A stretch of 64,000 nucleotides of DNA from an uncultured Bacilli bacterium (lineage in GTDB: Bacteria; Bacillota_I; Bacilli_A; RF39; UBA660), in contig CAKPIS010000001.1 in assembly GCA_934162425.1 (NCBI GenBank), positions 158,034 through 222,033 on the forward strand, read 5' to 3'. The notes beneath the pieces were generated by a model, which did not search any database, had not been told where the DNA came from, and saw only the letters and a program-made list of their open reading frames with translations. Below are positions 19,281 through 30,252 of the stretch, one piece after another. The first letter of the stretch is position 1; every line of letters starts with the position of its first letter. A program made the position numbers and the translations under genes.

Positions 19281-21074
19281 TTATTCATCAACTTTTAAAA
19301 TTGATAAAAACGCTTCTTGAGGTATCTCAACGTTACCTACTCTTTTCATTCTTTTTTTACCTTCTTTTTGTTTATCTAAAAGCTTTCTTTTTCGAGTAAT
19401 ATCGCCACCATAACATTTTGCAAGTACATTCTTTTTTAATGCACTAATATCACTTCTTGCTATAGCTTTAGTACCTATTACAGCTTGTATTGGTACTTCA
19501 AATAACTGTCTTGGTATTAATTTCTTTAAGTTATCTACTATTAATTTACCTCTTTGATAAGCAAAATCTTTATGCACTATAACTGATAAAGCATCAACTA
19601 CTTCTTTATTAATTAATATATCCATCTTAACTAAGTTACTTTCTTTATATCCAATTACTTCATAATCAAAAGAAGCATACCCTTTAGTATAAGATTTTAA
19701 TTTATCAAAAAAGTCATATACTACCTCAGATAATGGCATTTCATAGTGAATATTTACCCTAGTTTTATTAATATAATCCATATTAATATAGTTACCTCTT
19801 TTATTCTGACACAGTTCCATAACACTACCTATATATTCAGTTGGAACAAATATATTAGTCTTAATATAAGGTTCACTAATAGAAGATATTTTAGTTCTAT
19901 CTGGCATTTCATTTGGATTATCAATCATAACTATATCACCAGATGTTAGTTTAGCTTCATATACAACTGATGGACTAGTAGCTATTATAGGAACATTAAA
20001 CTCACGCTCTATTCTCTCTTCTGTAACATCCATATGAAGCATTCCTAAAAAGCCACATCTAAAACCAAATCCTAGTGCGACTGATACCTCTGGTTCAAAC
20101 GTAAGTGAAGCATCATTTAATTTTAATTTTTCAAGTGCATCTTTAAGTTCATCATATTTATTAGTTTCAGTAGGATATAACCCGCAAAAAACCATAGGCT
20201 TCATTGGTTTATATCCCATAAGAAGAGGTGCTTCGTCATTTTTTAGAGTAATAGTATCTCCAACACGTACATCACTAACACTTTTAATAGATGCACATAA
20301 ATATCCTACCTCTCCTTCTTTTAATATAACCTTTTTAACCTCATACGGATTATGAACACCAAGTTCTACAACTTCATAACAAGTATCTGTTGTAATCATC
20401 TTAATGGTATCTCCAACACGCACACTACCACTAACTACTCTTATAAATATAATTGCACCCCTATAAGATTCATATAAACTATCAAATATTAAAGCTTGCA
20501 ATTTATTTGTATCACTTTTTTTAGGACAAGGAATTTTTTCTACTATTGCCTTTAATAATTCATCTATACCAACACCAGTTTTAGCAGATGTAAGAATTAT
20601 ATCTTCTTCGTTAAATCCAAATGTTTCTATTATTTCATTTTTTACCTTTTCTATATCTGCATTAGGTAAATCAATCTTATTAATAACTGGTATTATAGTT
20701 AAATTATTCTCCATTGCTAAATATAAATTTGCTAATGTCTGAGCTTCTATTCCTTGAGCAGCATCAACTACTAATATAGCTCCTTCACATGCTGCAAGCG
20801 ATCTAGATACTTCATATGAAAAGTCTACATGACCTGGAGTATCTATTAAATTAAGCATGTAATCTTCATTATTATAATGATAAGTTAAAGAAGCTTCATT
20901 AAGTTTAATTGTTATTCCTCTTTCTCTTTCTAAATCCATAGAATCAAGAAGTTGATCTTTTAATTCTCTTTTAGTAACAGCATTAGTTCTTTCTAAAATT
21001 CTATCAGCTAAAGTACTCTTACCATGATCTATATGTGCAATAATACTAAAATTTCTTATGTTTTCTCTTTTCAT
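19281..21074 (-). CDS. lepA: Elongation factor 4 (LepA).
   Basis: Start corrected to ATG 21074 ([26 protein letters not shown]-like RBS); the track's earlier start is 21101. G-domain motifs and the LepA-specific C-terminus are present. Confidence 0.95.
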   Translation of the reverse strand: MKRENIRNFSIIAHIDHGKSTLADRILERTNAVTKRELKDQLLDSMDLERERGITIKLNEASLTYHYNNEDYMLNLIDTPGHVDFSYEVSRSLAACEGAILVVDAAQGIEAQTLANLYLAMENNLTIIPVINKIDLPNADIEKVKNEIIETFGFNEEDIILTSAKTGVGIDELLKAIVEKIPCPKKSDTNKLQALIFDSLYESYRGAIIFIRVVSGSVRVGDTIKMITTDTCYEVVELGVHNPYEVKKVILKEGEVGYLCASIKSVSDVRVGDTITLKNDEAPLLMGYKPMKPMVFCGLYPTETNKYDELKDALEKLKLNDASLTFEPEVSVALGFGFRCGFLGMLHMDVTEERIEREFNVPIIATSPSVVYEAKLTSGDIVMIDNPNEMPDRTKISSISEPYIKTNIFVPTEYIGSVMELCQNKRGNYINMDYINKTRVNIHYEMPLSEVVYDFFDKLKSYTKGYASFDYEVIGYKESNLVKMDILINKEVVDALSVIVHKDFAYQRGKLIVDNLKKLIPRQLFEVPIQAVIGTKAIARSDISALKKNVLAKCYGGDITRKRKLLDKQKEGKKRMKRVGNVEIPQEAFLSILKVDE

Positions 21075-21182
21075 ATTAACCACCAATAATAAGTATATCA
21101 TATAAGTAGCAATTTTTCTTAATACTTTTTTAACTTGATTGTAATAATTTTATATTTTATAATGTATGTAAGGTGATGAAAT

Positions 21183-21749
21183 TTGTATAAAATAATTAAC
21201 AATGTAAAAGATGAATTAATAATTAATAAATCAAAGTTCATATCTTTTGCAATCTATATAAGTAATGTTCAAATGGCTAATGAAGTATTAGATAAATTAA
21301 AAAAAGAATACAAAGATGCAACACACATATGTTATGCATATAAAATAGGAAATATTAAAAGATTTAATGATGATAATGAACCTAAAGGTACTGCTGGTAT
21401 GCCAATTTTAAACATAATAGAAAATAAGAAATTAGATAATATATTAATAGTTGTTGTAAGATATTTTGGTGGTATAAAACTTGGTGCTGGGGGACTTTTA
21501 AGAGCATACTCAAACGGTGCTAGTTTAGTAATTAGTGATGATAACTTAACTATTATTAAAAAGGAATACAAAGTTAAAATAGAGTTTATTTATAATAATC
21601 TAAATAAAATTAACTATATTTTAAAAGACTATAATATAACGTACAAAGAATTTGATAATAATGTAATTTATGAATTCATTATAAATGATGATAACTACCC
21701 AGAAGAAATAGATGGTTTAATACTTAAAAAAGAAATGTGCAAATTATAA
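21183..21749 (+). CDS. yigZ: YigZ/IMPACT-family protein.
   Basis: UPF0029 N-domain motifs (HICYAYKIG..., DDNEPKGTAGMPIL). Confidence 0.7.
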   Translation: MYKIINNVKDELIINKSKFISFAIYISNVQMANEVLDKLKKEYKDATHICYAYKIGNIKRFNDDNEPKGTAGMPILNIIENKKLDNILIVVVRYFGGIKLGAGGLLRAYSNGASLVISDDNLTIIKKEYKVKIEFIYNNLNKINYILKDYNITYKEFDNNVIYEFIINDDNYPEEIDGLILKKEMCKL

Positions 21750-21765
21750 TACACATTTCTTTTTA

Positions 21766-23034
21766 TTACTCTTTAAATTCAAATATTAAGTCCATTATCT
21801 GAACCTTATCACCATACTTAGCTCCCATTTCTAAAAGCTTATCATCAATTCCCATGGCACGAAGTTTTCTTGCAAAACGAAGAGCTCCTTCATCAGTAAA
21901 CTTAGTCATACGGAATAACTTTTCTATTTCTTTTCCTTTTATTACATAGATATCATTATCTCTTGTAATTGTAAATGGTTGTTCTTTTTTAAATTTGTAT
22001 AACACATGTGATTCAAATGAATCTTCATCAAATAATGGTTCTTCTTTTATTTTATCTAATTCATCAGCTATCTTGACTAATACTTTATCAATACCTTCAC
22101 CCGTTAGGGCACTAATCTCATAAACTGGTAATTTATATTTAGCTTTAAATCTTTCTAAGTTTTCTAAAGCACCATCTAAATCCATCTTATTTGCTATTAT
22201 AATCTGTGGCTTTAAAATAATTTTTTCATTAAAATCTTTAAGTTCTTTATTTATTACCTCATAATCATCTAATGGATCTCTTCCTTCGCATCCCGACATA
22301 TCTATGATATGTGCTATAACGCGAGTTCTTTCTATGTGTTTTAAAAACCTATCTCCAAGACCTTCACCAAGTGATGCACCCTTTATTAAACCAGGCAAAT
22401 CTGCTGCAACAAAACTTCTTCCATCAATTGTTTTTACAACTCCTAAATTAGGTACAAGCGTAGTAAAATGATACTCTGCTATTTTAGGCTTAGAAGCTGA
22501 TATTTTTGAAATAAGCGTTGATTTACCAACAGATGGCATTCCAACAAAACCTACGTCTGCAAGTAATCTAAGTTCAACTTTTAGTGTTTTTTCTTCTCCT
22601 GGCTCACCATGTTCTGAAAAGTTTGGAGCTGGATTAGTTGCTGTTGCAAAAGCAGTATTACCACGACCACCTCTACCACCACTAGCTACTATGCAGCTAT
22701 CACCTTCACGTGTTAAGTCAGCAATTATTAGTCCAGTATCCAAATCCTTAACAGTAGTTCCAATAGGTACTTTAATAACAACATCTTCTGCACCACGACC
22801 ATTTTTATTTTTACCAGACCCATTAGCACCCTTAGGTGCTTTAATTAACTTTTGATATCTTAAATCAAGAAGTGTTCTAAGTCCTAAATCTGTCTTAAAT
22901 ATAATGTTAGCACCCCTGCCACCATTACCACCAAATGGTCCTCCATCTGGAATATATTTTTCTCTTCTAAAAGCAGTGCAACCATCACCACCGTTTCCAG
23001 CTTTAACCTTTATTATAACCTCATCTACAAACAT
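21766..23034 (-). CDS. obg: GTPase Obg.
   Basis: Glycine-rich Obg fold (AGNGGDGC, GGNGGRGANI, GGRGGRGN), G1 (GMPSVGKST) and an OCT domain. Confidence 0.95.
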   Translation of the reverse strand: MFVDEVIIKVKAGNGGDGCTAFRREKYIPDGGPFGGNGGRGANIIFKTDLGLRTLLDLRYQKLIKAPKGANGSGKNKNGRGAEDVVIKVPIGTTVKDLDTGLIIADLTREGDSCIVASGGRGGRGNTAFATATNPAPNFSEHGEPGEEKTLKVELRLLADVGFVGMPSVGKSTLISKISASKPKIAEYHFTTLVPNLGVVKTIDGRSFVAADLPGLIKGASLGEGLGDRFLKHIERTRVIAHIIDMSGCEGRDPLDDYEVINKELKDFNEKIILKPQIIIANKMDLDGALENLERFKAKYKLPVYEISALTGEGIDKVLVKIADELDKIKEEPLFDEDSFESHVLYKFKKEQPFTITRDNDIYVIKGKEIEKLFRMTKFTDEGALRFARKLRAMGIDDKLLEMGAKYGDKVQIMDLIFEFKE

Positions 23035-23046
23035 AATAATCCCCCT

Positions 23047-23481
23047 TTATCTATTTATTAATTTTACTAAAGCTTTTTTAGCTTTAACAGGAATTCCTTT
23101 ATTTTCATTTATCATCTTTCTTAATACTTTAATAAGTCTTTCTTTATCAAAATCACTAATTTTTCCTACATTATTTACTATACTATCAGTAGTTACTCTT
23201 TCTATTCTATTAATATTACTATTTTCATCATAAAAATAAACATAAGAAAATCTACCACTGTTAAATAAGTATATTATATCTAAATTAATACCATCAAAAA
23301 ACAATTTATCTCCAAACTCATATAATTCTTCTTTATTTTTAACTAAATCTAAATCACTATAAGCTATCTTTGTATTTACATATTCTTCTTTTGATTTATA
23401 ATTTTCATAATAACTTGTATCAATATCATAATATCTTTCTCTAGAATCACTTAATACAATACCATAACTTTTATTTTTCAT
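23047..23481 (-). CDS. Hypothetical protein.
   Basis: 144-aa ORF. No motif recognised. Confidence 0.35.
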   Translation of the reverse strand: MKNKSYGIVLSDSRERYYDIDTSYYENYKSKEEYVNTKIAYSDLDLVKNKEELYEFGDKLFFDGINLDIIYLFNSGRFSYVYFYDENSNINRIERVTTDSIVNNVGKISDFDKERLIKVLRKMINENKGIPVKAKKALVKLINR

Positions 23482-23484
23482 ATT

Positions 23485-24123
23485 TTAACCCTTAAAAGAA
23501 GCTTCTAGATAATATATAGGTCTTCTTTCTTTAAAATATTGTTTTTCAAAATCAGTCATAACATTATCTATTCTTCTTTCATCATTATGTAAATCTAAAC
23601 TCACCTTATCAAATATGTACCAGTAATCACTTAAACTTTCTAGAGCTGATGCAAATAATATTTTATTGTCAGTTTTTAATATTATGTGTTTATTTTTCTT
23701 AAAAATTCTATCATATAATTTTAAATAATTAACATGAGTAAATCTTTTATTTGCATCATGTCTTTTTGGCCATGGCTCTGAAAATGTTAAATAAATAGTA
23801 TTTATTTCCTTTCCAAAAAAGTTTACTATATCATCTGCACTTGCACAAATTATTTTTAAGTTATTAATCTTTTGACTACCTATTGTTTTAACAGCATATG
23901 CTGTTTGATTTTTATCTAATTCTAAACCTATATAATTAATTTTAGGATTTTTCTTTGCCATTTCTATAATAAAACTACCACGTCCCATACCAAGTTCCAA
24001 ATTAATAGGATTATTGTTAGCAAATAAAGTATTCCATTTATTTTTATATTCACTAGGATTTTTTACTAAATATGTACTATTTTTTAAAATTTCATCTGCA
24101 TCTTTTACAATATTATAACGCAT
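23485..24123 (-). CDS. trmB: tRNA (guanine46-N7)-methyltransferase.
   Basis: Close match to Bacillus TrmB blocks (YKNKWNTLFANNNPINLELGMGRGSFIIEMAKKNPKINYIGLEL, FSEPWPKRH). Confidence 0.88.
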   Translation of the reverse strand: MRYNIVKDADEILKNSTYLVKNPSEYKNKWNTLFANNNPINLELGMGRGSFIIEMAKKNPKINYIGLELDKNQTAYAVKTIGSQKINNLKIICASADDIVNFFGKEINTIYLTFSEPWPKRHDANKRFTHVNYLKLYDRIFKKNKHIILKTDNKILFASALESLSDYWYIFDKVSLDLHNDERRIDNVMTDFEKQYFKERRPIYYLEASFKG

Positions 24124-24183
24124 AATAAATCACCTCTAACTAATTTTACCATATAAAATAAAATAATAAAATATATTAATTTA

Positions 24184-24212
24184 AAAAGTATGAAATTTAA
24201 TTCATACTCTTT
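24184..24212 (-). terminator. Intrinsic terminator of WG-repeat paralog 1. The hairpin overlaps the last codons.
   Basis: Reverse strand: GAGTATGAATTAAATTTCATACTTTTTAA. Confidence 0.6.
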
Positions 24213-25720
24213 TTATAACAATTATTAAGTTCTTTTTCTACATCATCTTTATAAGAATTATTTATTTTTAAGATATCTTTTTCATATTGCTTTTTTAATA
24301 ACTCAAAAATATTATTAACTTCATTGTCTTCTTCATTCTTCATTTGACTTCTTTTTTCAATATATAAACTTATAGCATTTAAAAATTCATCTGCTTTACT
24401 TTCATCAGAAAACTGCAATTTTATTGTTTTATCTTGTAAATCTACCAATACTTCATATGTAGGATTTTTAAGATCTATAATATAACAATTATCGTCTTTT
24501 TGAACAAATACAATTCCTTCTCCGAAGGTAAATAATGCATCATAAACCGGTTTTACTACTTCTTTTCCTTCTTTATCTATAAGGCCATATTTATCATATT
24601 TTTTAACTTCAGCTAAACCATTAGAGAAATTATCTACATCATCATAAATTGGTTTTATTACTTCTTCTCCTTTTTTATTTATATAGCCCCACTTATCATT
24701 CTTTCGTACACAAGCTAAACCTTCCTCGAATTTTGAAGAAAGGCTATCATAAATTGGTTTTACTACTTCTTTTCCTTCTTTGTTTATAAAACCATATTTA
24801 CCATTTTTCCTAACATAAGCTAATCCTTCTTCAAAATTTGAAGAAATATCACCATAAATTAGTCTTACTACCTCTTTTCCTTCTTTATTTATAAGACCCC
24901 ACTTATCATTTTTCTTAACACTGGCCAAGCCTTCAGAAAAACTGTTAACCGAGTCATAAACTGGTTCTACCACCGCTTCTCCTTTTTTATTTATAAAACC
25001 CCACTTACCATTTTTCTTAACACAAGCTAAATCTTCTTTAAAATTTTTAGCCCAATCATAAATTGGTTTTATGACTTCTTTTCCTTCTTTGTTTATAAAG
25101 CCATACTTACCATCTTTTTCTATGCGTGCTAATCCTTTACAAAAATCACTAGCACAATCATAAACCGGTTCTACTACCTCTTCTCCATTTTTATCTATAA
25201 AGCCCCAGTAACCATCCTCTTTCACGCTAGCTATACCCTCGGAGAAGCTATGAATGCAATCATAAACTGGTTTTACTATTTTATTTCCTTCTTTATTTAT
25301 GACGCCATACTTATTATCTTTAGTAACTATTGCTAAATCCTCAGAGAAGTCATAGGCCCAATCATAAATTGGTTTTATTACTTCTTTTCCTTCTTTATTT
25401 ATGAAACCCAATTTACGATTTCTTCCTACTATTTCTAAACCCTCAGAAAAACAAGAGACATAATCATAAATTGGTGCTACTACTTCTTTTCCTTCCTTAT
25501 TTATAAAACCCCACTTACCATTCTTTTGTACACTAGCTAATCCTTCATAAAAGTAGCAAACATTATCATAAATTGGTTTTATTACTTCTTCTCCTTCTTT
25601 ATTTATAAAACCATATTTGCCATCTTTTTGAACACACGCCAAAGACTCACTAAAATCCATAATTTTATCATAATTATTTAGTATTTTTTTACCAGTACGT
25701 TTTTTAACAGTTATTTCCAT
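24197..25720 (-). CDS. WG/KWG-type beta-repeat protein, paralog 1 of 4. Conserved N-terminal ~35 aa, about 11 repeats of 34-37 aa, and a conserved C-terminal ~110-aa module.
   Basis: Repeat consensus KDGKYGFINKEGKEVIKPIYDxxxxFSEGLAxV. C-terminal module ...YIIDLKNPTYEVLVDLQDKTIKLQFSDESKADEFLNAISLYIEKR...CYKKSMN. No signal peptide. Confidence 0.75.
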   Translation of the reverse strand: MEITVKKRTGKKILNNYDKIMDFSESLACVQKDGKYGFINKEGEEVIKPIYDNVCYFYEGLASVQKNGKWGFINKEGKEVVAPIYDYVSCFSEGLEIVGRNRKLGFINKEGKEVIKPIYDWAYDFSEDLAIVTKDNKYGVINKEGNKIVKPVYDCIHSFSEGIASVKEDGYWGFIDKNGEEVVEPVYDCASDFCKGLARIEKDGKYGFINKEGKEVIKPIYDWAKNFKEDLACVKKNGKWGFINKKGEAVVEPVYDSVNSFSEGLASVKKNDKWGLINKEGKEVVRLIYGDISSNFEEGLAYVRKNGKYGFINKEGKEVVKPIYDSLSSKFEEGLACVRKNDKWGYINKKGEEVIKPIYDDVDNFSNGLAEVKKYDKYGLIDKEGKEVVKPVYDALFTFGEGIVFVQKDDNCYIIDLKNPTYEVLVDLQDKTIKLQFSDESKADEFLNAISLYIEKRSQMKNEEDNEVNNIFELLKKQYEKDILKINNSYKDDVEKELNNCYKKSMN

Positions 25721-25811
25721 AATGTTCTCCTTTATATTTATATAATTATTATATTTATATGTAAATATTTGTCAACTTACACAATAATATACAAATTAAA
25801 AAGTATGAAAT
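25721..25811 (-). promoter_or_regulatory. Conserved intergenic cassette. It holds the terminator hairpin of paralog 2 (25796-25830), then a sigma-A-like promoter (-35 TTGACA at 25770-25775, -10 TATAAT at 25748-25753, 16-nt spacer), then an AAAGGAGAA RBS for paralog 1.
   Basis: The reverse strand reads TTGACAAATATTTACATATAAATATAATAATTATATAAATATAAAGGAGAACATTATG. The whole ~90-nt unit is repeated almost identically before paralogs 2 and 3. Confidence 0.6.
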
Positions 25812-27533
25812 TTAATTCATACTCTTTTTATAACAAGCATTAAATTCTTTTTCTACATCATCTTTATAAGAATTATTTATTTCTAAGATATCTTTTTCAT
25901 ATTGTTTTTTTAATAACTCAAAAATATTATTAACTTCGTTTTCTTTCTCATTCTTTATTTGACTTCTTTTTTCAATATATGAACTTATAGCATTTAAAAA
26001 TTCATCTGCTTTACTTTCATCAGAAAACTGTTTTTTTATTGCTTTATCTTGTAAATCTATCAATACTTCATATGTAGGATTTTTAAGATCTATAATATAC
26101 CAATTATCATCTTTTTGAACAAATACAATTTCATCATCAAAGTTAGATACTGCATCACAAATTGGTTTTACTACTTCTTCTCCTGTTTTGTTTATAAGAC
26201 CCCACTTACCATTTTTCATAACTTTTACTAATCCTCCAGAAAAATCATCAGCCCAATCATAAACAAGATTTATTACTTCTTTTCCTTTTTTATTTACGAA
26301 ACCATACTTATCATCTTTTTGAACAAGAACTAAACCTTTAAAAAAGAAAGAAACAACATCATAAACTGGTTTTAATATTTCTTTTCCCTTTTTATTTATA
26401 TAACCACACTTACCACCTTTTTCAATGCGTGCTAATCCGTTATAAAAATAATCAACATAATCATAAATTGGTCTTACTATTCTCTTGCCTTCTTTATTTA
26501 TAAGTCCCCATTTGTCATCTTTTCTAACTCTAGCTAATCCTTCAGAAAAATCATCGACCTCATCATAAATTGGTTTTACTACTTCTTTTCCTTCTTTATT
26601 TATAAATCCCCACTTACCATCTTTTCTAACTCTAGCTAATCCTTCAGAAAAGTAGCAAGCATTATCATAAATTGGTTTTACTATTTCTTTTCCTTCTTTA
26701 TTTATGAACACATGCTTCCAACCTTTCATAACCCAGGCTAAATCTTCTCTAAAACTTGAAGCAGCATCATAAACTAGTTTTATTATTTCTTTTCCTTCTT
26801 TATTTATAAAACCATACTTACCATTTTTTCTAACATAAGCTAATCCTTCAGAAAAGTTTCCAACCCAATCATAAATTGGTTTTATTACTTCTTCTCCTTC
26901 TTTATTTACAAAGCCCCACTTGCCATTTTTTCTAACTCCAGCCAGTCCTTTAGAAAAGTAGAAGGCAGCATCGTAAACTGGTTTTATTACCTCTTTTCCT
27001 TTTTTATTTACGAAACCATACTTATCATCTTTTTTAACACGAACTAACCCTTCAAAAAAATCATCGACTTCATCATAAATTGGTTTTACTACCTCTTCAC
27101 CCTTTTTATTTATATAGCCCCACTTATCATCTTTTTTAACACGAACTAACCCTTCAAAGAAATCATCGACTCCATCATAAATTGGTTTTACTACTTCTTT
27201 TCCTTCTTTATTTATAAAACCATATTTATTATTTTTTTCAACCAAAGCCAATTCTTCAGAAAAGTCATAAGCAAAGTCATAAATTGATTTTATTACTTCT
27301 TTTCCGTCTTTGTTTATAAAACCAAACTTACCATTTCTTTTAATTCTAGCTAATCCTTCTTTAAAGCTATCAGCAAAGTCATAAATGAGTTTTATTACTT
27401 CTTCTCCTTCTTTGTTTATAAAACCATATTTGTCATCTTTTCGAACACACGCCAAAGACTCACTAAAATCCATAATTTTATCATAGTTATTTGATATTTT
27501 TTTACCAGTACATTTTTTAACAGTTATATCCAT
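25812..27533 (-). CDS. WG/KWG-type beta-repeat protein, paralog 2 of 4 (573 aa, about 13 repeats).
   Basis: Same N- and C-terminal modules as paralog 1 with a different repeat count. Confidence 0.75.
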   Translation of the reverse strand: MDITVKKCTGKKISNNYDKIMDFSESLACVRKDDKYGFINKEGEEVIKLIYDFADSFKEGLARIKRNGKFGFINKDGKEVIKSIYDFAYDFSEELALVEKNNKYGFINKEGKEVVKPIYDGVDDFFEGLVRVKKDDKWGYINKKGEEVVKPIYDEVDDFFEGLVRVKKDDKYGFVNKKGKEVIKPVYDAAFYFSKGLAGVRKNGKWGFVNKEGEEVIKPIYDWVGNFSEGLAYVRKNGKYGFINKEGKEIIKLVYDAASSFREDLAWVMKGWKHVFINKEGKEIVKPIYDNACYFSEGLARVRKDGKWGFINKEGKEVVKPIYDEVDDFSEGLARVRKDDKWGLINKEGKRIVRPIYDYVDYFYNGLARIEKGGKCGYINKKGKEILKPVYDVVSFFFKGLVLVQKDDKYGFVNKKGKEVINLVYDWADDFSGGLVKVMKNGKWGLINKTGEEVVKPICDAVSNFDDEIVFVQKDDNWYIIDLKNPTYEVLIDLQDKAIKKQFSDESKADEFLNAISSYIEKRSQIKNEKENEVNNIFELLKKQYEKDILEINNSYKDDVEKEFNACYKKSMN

Positions 27534-27624
27534 AACATTCTCCTTCTACATAATATAATTATTATATTTATATGTAAATATTTGTCAACTTACACAATAA
27601 TATACAAATTAAAAAGTATGAAAT
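27534..27624 (-). promoter_or_regulatory. Second copy of the terminator-promoter-RBS cassette (-35 at 27583-27588, -10 at 27561-27566).
   Basis: Near-identical to 25721-25811. Confidence 0.6.
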
Positions 27625-29079
27625 TTAATTCATACTCTTTTTATAACAATTATTAAACTCTTTTTCTACATCATCTTTATAAGAATTATTTATTTTTAAG
27701 ATATCTTTTTCATATTGCTTTTTTAATAACTCAAAAATATTATTAACTTTGTTTTCTTCCTCATTCTTTATTTCATTTCTTTTTTTAATGTATGAACTTA
27801 TAGTATTTAAAAATTCATCTGCTTTGTTTTCATCAGAAAACTGCAATTTTATTGTTTTATCTTGTAAATCTACCAATACTTCATATGTAGGATTATTAAG
27901 ATTTGCAACATACCAACTATCATCTTTTCGAACAAATACAATGCCATCACCCATGTTAGACACGAGATCATAAACTGGCTTTATCACTTCTTTTCCTTCT
28001 TTGTCTATAAGGCCGAACTTTCCATCTTTTTCAACACAAGCTAACCCATCAAAGAAAAAATAAATCCAACTATAAATTGGCCTTACTACTTCTTCTCCTT
28101 CTTTATTTATAAGACCAAACTTACCACCTTTTTTAACTTCAGTTAAGCCTTCTTTAAAACTACCAACCGGCCAATAAACTGGTTTTATTAATTTTTTTCC
28201 TTCTTTATTTATAAAGCCATATTTGCCTTTTTTCATAACATTAGCTAAACCTTCAGAAAAGTCATAAGCAAAGTCATAAATTGGTTTTATTACTTTTTTT
28301 CCTTCTTTATTTATAAAACCATACTTACCCTTTTTTTCAACACGTGCTAAGCCTTCAGAAAAGTTTCCAACATCATCATAAACTGGTTTTACTACTTCTT
28401 CTCCATCTTTATTTATAAAACCATACTTATAATCTTTTTTAATTTTAGCTAAGCCTTCAGAAAAGTTATCTGCCCAATGATAAACTGGTTTGATTACCAC
28501 TTCTCCTTCTTTGTTTATAAAGCCATGCTTAGGTTCCCAATAATCGTCTTCCACAACACGTGCTAATCCTTCAGAAAAGTTTCCAACATCATCATAAACT
28601 GGTTTTACTACTTCTTCTCCATCTTTATTTATAAAACCATACTTATAATCTTTTTTAATTTTAGCTAAGCCTTCAGAAAAATCATAAGCAGAGTCATAAA
28701 TTGGTTCTACTATTTCTTCTCCTTCTTTGTTTATAAAACCATACTTATCATCTTTTTTAATACGAGCTAAGCCTTCAGAAAAATCATATGCAAAGTCATA
28801 AATTGGTTCTACTATTTCTTCTCCCTCTTTATTTATAAAACCATACTTATCATTATCTATAAAACCCCACTTACCATTTTTCTTAACACGTGCTAAGCCT
28901 TCTTTGAAATTTGAAGCGCCATCATAAATTCGTTTTATTACTTCTTTTCCTTCTTTGTTTATAAAACCATACTTACCATCTCTTACAACACATGCCAAAG
29001 ACTCGCTAGAATCTAAAATATAATCATAATTATTTAACAATTTCTTACCAATTATTTGTTTTCTAACTGTTATTTTCAT
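27625..29079 (-). CDS. WG/KWG-type beta-repeat protein, paralog 3 of 4.
   Basis: Start corrected to ATG 29079 (MKITVRK), which is preceded by an AAGGAGAA RBS at the same spacing as the other paralogs. The track's earlier start is 29097. Confidence 0.75.
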   Translation of the reverse strand: MKITVRKQIIGKKLLNNYDYILDSSESLACVVRDGKYGFINKEGKEVIKRIYDGASNFKEGLARVKKNGKWGFIDNDKYGFINKEGEEIVEPIYDFAYDFSEGLARIKKDDKYGFINKEGEEIVEPIYDSAYDFSEGLAKIKKDYKYGFINKDGEEVVKPVYDDVGNFSEGLARVVEDDYWEPKHGFINKEGEVVIKPVYHWADNFSEGLAKIKKDYKYGFINKDGEEVVKPVYDDVGNFSEGLARVEKKGKYGFINKEGKKVIKPIYDFAYDFSEGLANVMKKGKYGFINKEGKKLIKPVYWPVGSFKEGLTEVKKGGKFGLINKEGEEVVRPIYSWIYFFFDGLACVEKDGKFGLIDKEGKEVIKPVYDLVSNMGDGIVFVRKDDSWYVANLNNPTYEVLVDLQDKTIKLQFSDENKADEFLNTISSYIKKRNEIKNEEENKVNNIFELLKKQYEKDILKINNSYKDDVEKEFNNCYKKSMN

Positions 29080-29097
29080 TATATTCTCCTTCTTCAT

Positions 29098-29170
29098 AAT
29101 ATAATTATTATATTTATATGTAAATATTTGTCAATATACGAGTTAATATACAAATTAAAAAGTATGAAAA
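29098..29170 (-). promoter_or_regulatory. Third copy of the terminator-promoter cassette (-35 at 29129-29134, -10 at 29107-29112; terminator hairpin of paralog 4 at 29154-29190).
   Basis: Near-identical to the other two cassettes. Confidence 0.55.
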
Positions 29171-30172
29171 TTAATTCATATTCTTTTTATAACAATTATT
29201 AAATTCTTTTTCTATATTATCCATATAATGATTATTTATTTCTAATAGATCTTCCTCATATTGTTTTTCAAGTGCCATAAAAACCTCAGTAAGTTCATCT
29301 TCTTCTTTATCTTTTCTTTTTATTTGTTTATCAATATAAACTTTAATATAATCTTTAAATTCATCCGCTTCATTTTCATTAGAAAACTGTCTTTTTATTA
29401 TTCTATCTTGTGAATCTACTGATACCTCATATGTAGGAATATTAAGATCTACAATGTACAAACTATTATTTTTTTTAACTATTGCTATTTTTTCATCATA
29501 GACAATGTCATTATAAATTGGTTTTACTACTTCTTTTCCTTCTTTATTTACAAGACCATACTTACCAATTTTTTGAACACGAGCTAATCCATATTGAAAA
29601 TCACAAACATCATCATAAATTGGTTTTATTACTTCTTTTCCTTCTTTATTTACAAGACCATACTTACCAATTTTTTGAACACGAGCTAATCCATATTGAA
29701 AATCACAAACATCATCATAAATTGGTTTTATTACTTCTTCTCCATCTTTATTTATAAAGCCCCACTTATCATTTATTTCAACGCTAGCTAAACCTTCTTC
29801 AAAGTCATAGATATAGTCATAAATTGGTTTTACTACTTCTTCTCCTTTTTTATTTATAAGTCCACACTTATCATTTTTCTTAACTCTTGCTAAGCCTTCA
29901 GAAAAGTTTCCAACAAGATCATAAATTGGTTTTATTACTTCTTCTCCATCTTTATTTATAAAGCCCCACTTATCATTTATTTCAACGCGAGCTAGACCTT
30001 CAGAAAAGCAATGAGCATTATCATAAATTGGTTTTACTACTTCTTTCCCTTCTTCATTTATAAATCCCCAATTGCCATTTCTCCTGACACATACCAAAGA
30101 CTCACTAATTCCCCTAATGTCATCATAATTATTTAATTTTTTTCCAATATGTTTTTTAACAGTTATATCCAT
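29171..30172 (-). CDS. WG/KWG-type beta-repeat protein, paralog 4 of 4 (333 aa). It is the shortest and most diverged, and contains a 102-bp near-perfect tandem duplication.
   Basis: N-terminus MDITVKKHIGKK. C-terminal module diverged but alignable (...YIVDLNIPTYEVSVDSQDRIIKRQFSNENEADEF...CYKKNMN). Confidence 0.7.
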   Translation of the reverse strand: MDITVKKHIGKKLNNYDDIRGISESLVCVRRNGNWGFINEEGKEVVKPIYDNAHCFSEGLARVEINDKWGFINKDGEEVIKPIYDLVGNFSEGLARVKKNDKCGLINKKGEEVVKPIYDYIYDFEEGLASVEINDKWGFINKDGEEVIKPIYDDVCDFQYGLARVQKIGKYGLVNKEGKEVIKPIYDDVCDFQYGLARVQKIGKYGLVNKEGKEVVKPIYNDIVYDEKIAIVKKNNSLYIVDLNIPTYEVSVDSQDRIIKRQFSNENEADEFKDYIKVYIDKQIKRKDKEEDELTEVFMALEKQYEEDLLEINNHYMDNIEKEFNNCYKKNMN

Positions 30173-30198
30173 AACATTCTCCTTCTACATAATGCATT

Positions 30199-30252
30199 TA
30201 TTATATTTACTTACAAATATTTGTCAATATAATATTAAAAAAATACCATCTA
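30199..30252 (-). promoter_or_regulatory. rpmA terminator hairpin (ATCATCTTATAGATGGTA followed by a T-tract), then the sigma-A-like promoter of WG paralog 4 (-35 TTGACA at 30222-30227, -10 TATAAT at 30200-30205).
   Basis: Read directly from the reverse strand. Confidence 0.5.

Noticed and set aside
22904-23233. Plus-strand 109-aa proline-rich ORF overlapping the 5' end of obg.
   Set aside because: It is the antisense of the glycine-rich Obg fold (GGxGG codons read as PP). It is a spurious ORF typical of this region.
29482-29757. Plus-strand 91-aa ORF with an internally repeated HKLVLLLLFLLYLQDHTYQFFEHELIHIENHKHHH.
   Set aside because: It is the antisense reading of the 102-bp tandem duplication inside WG paralog 4. 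It has no RBS or start context and is fully contained in a strongly supported minus-strand gene.
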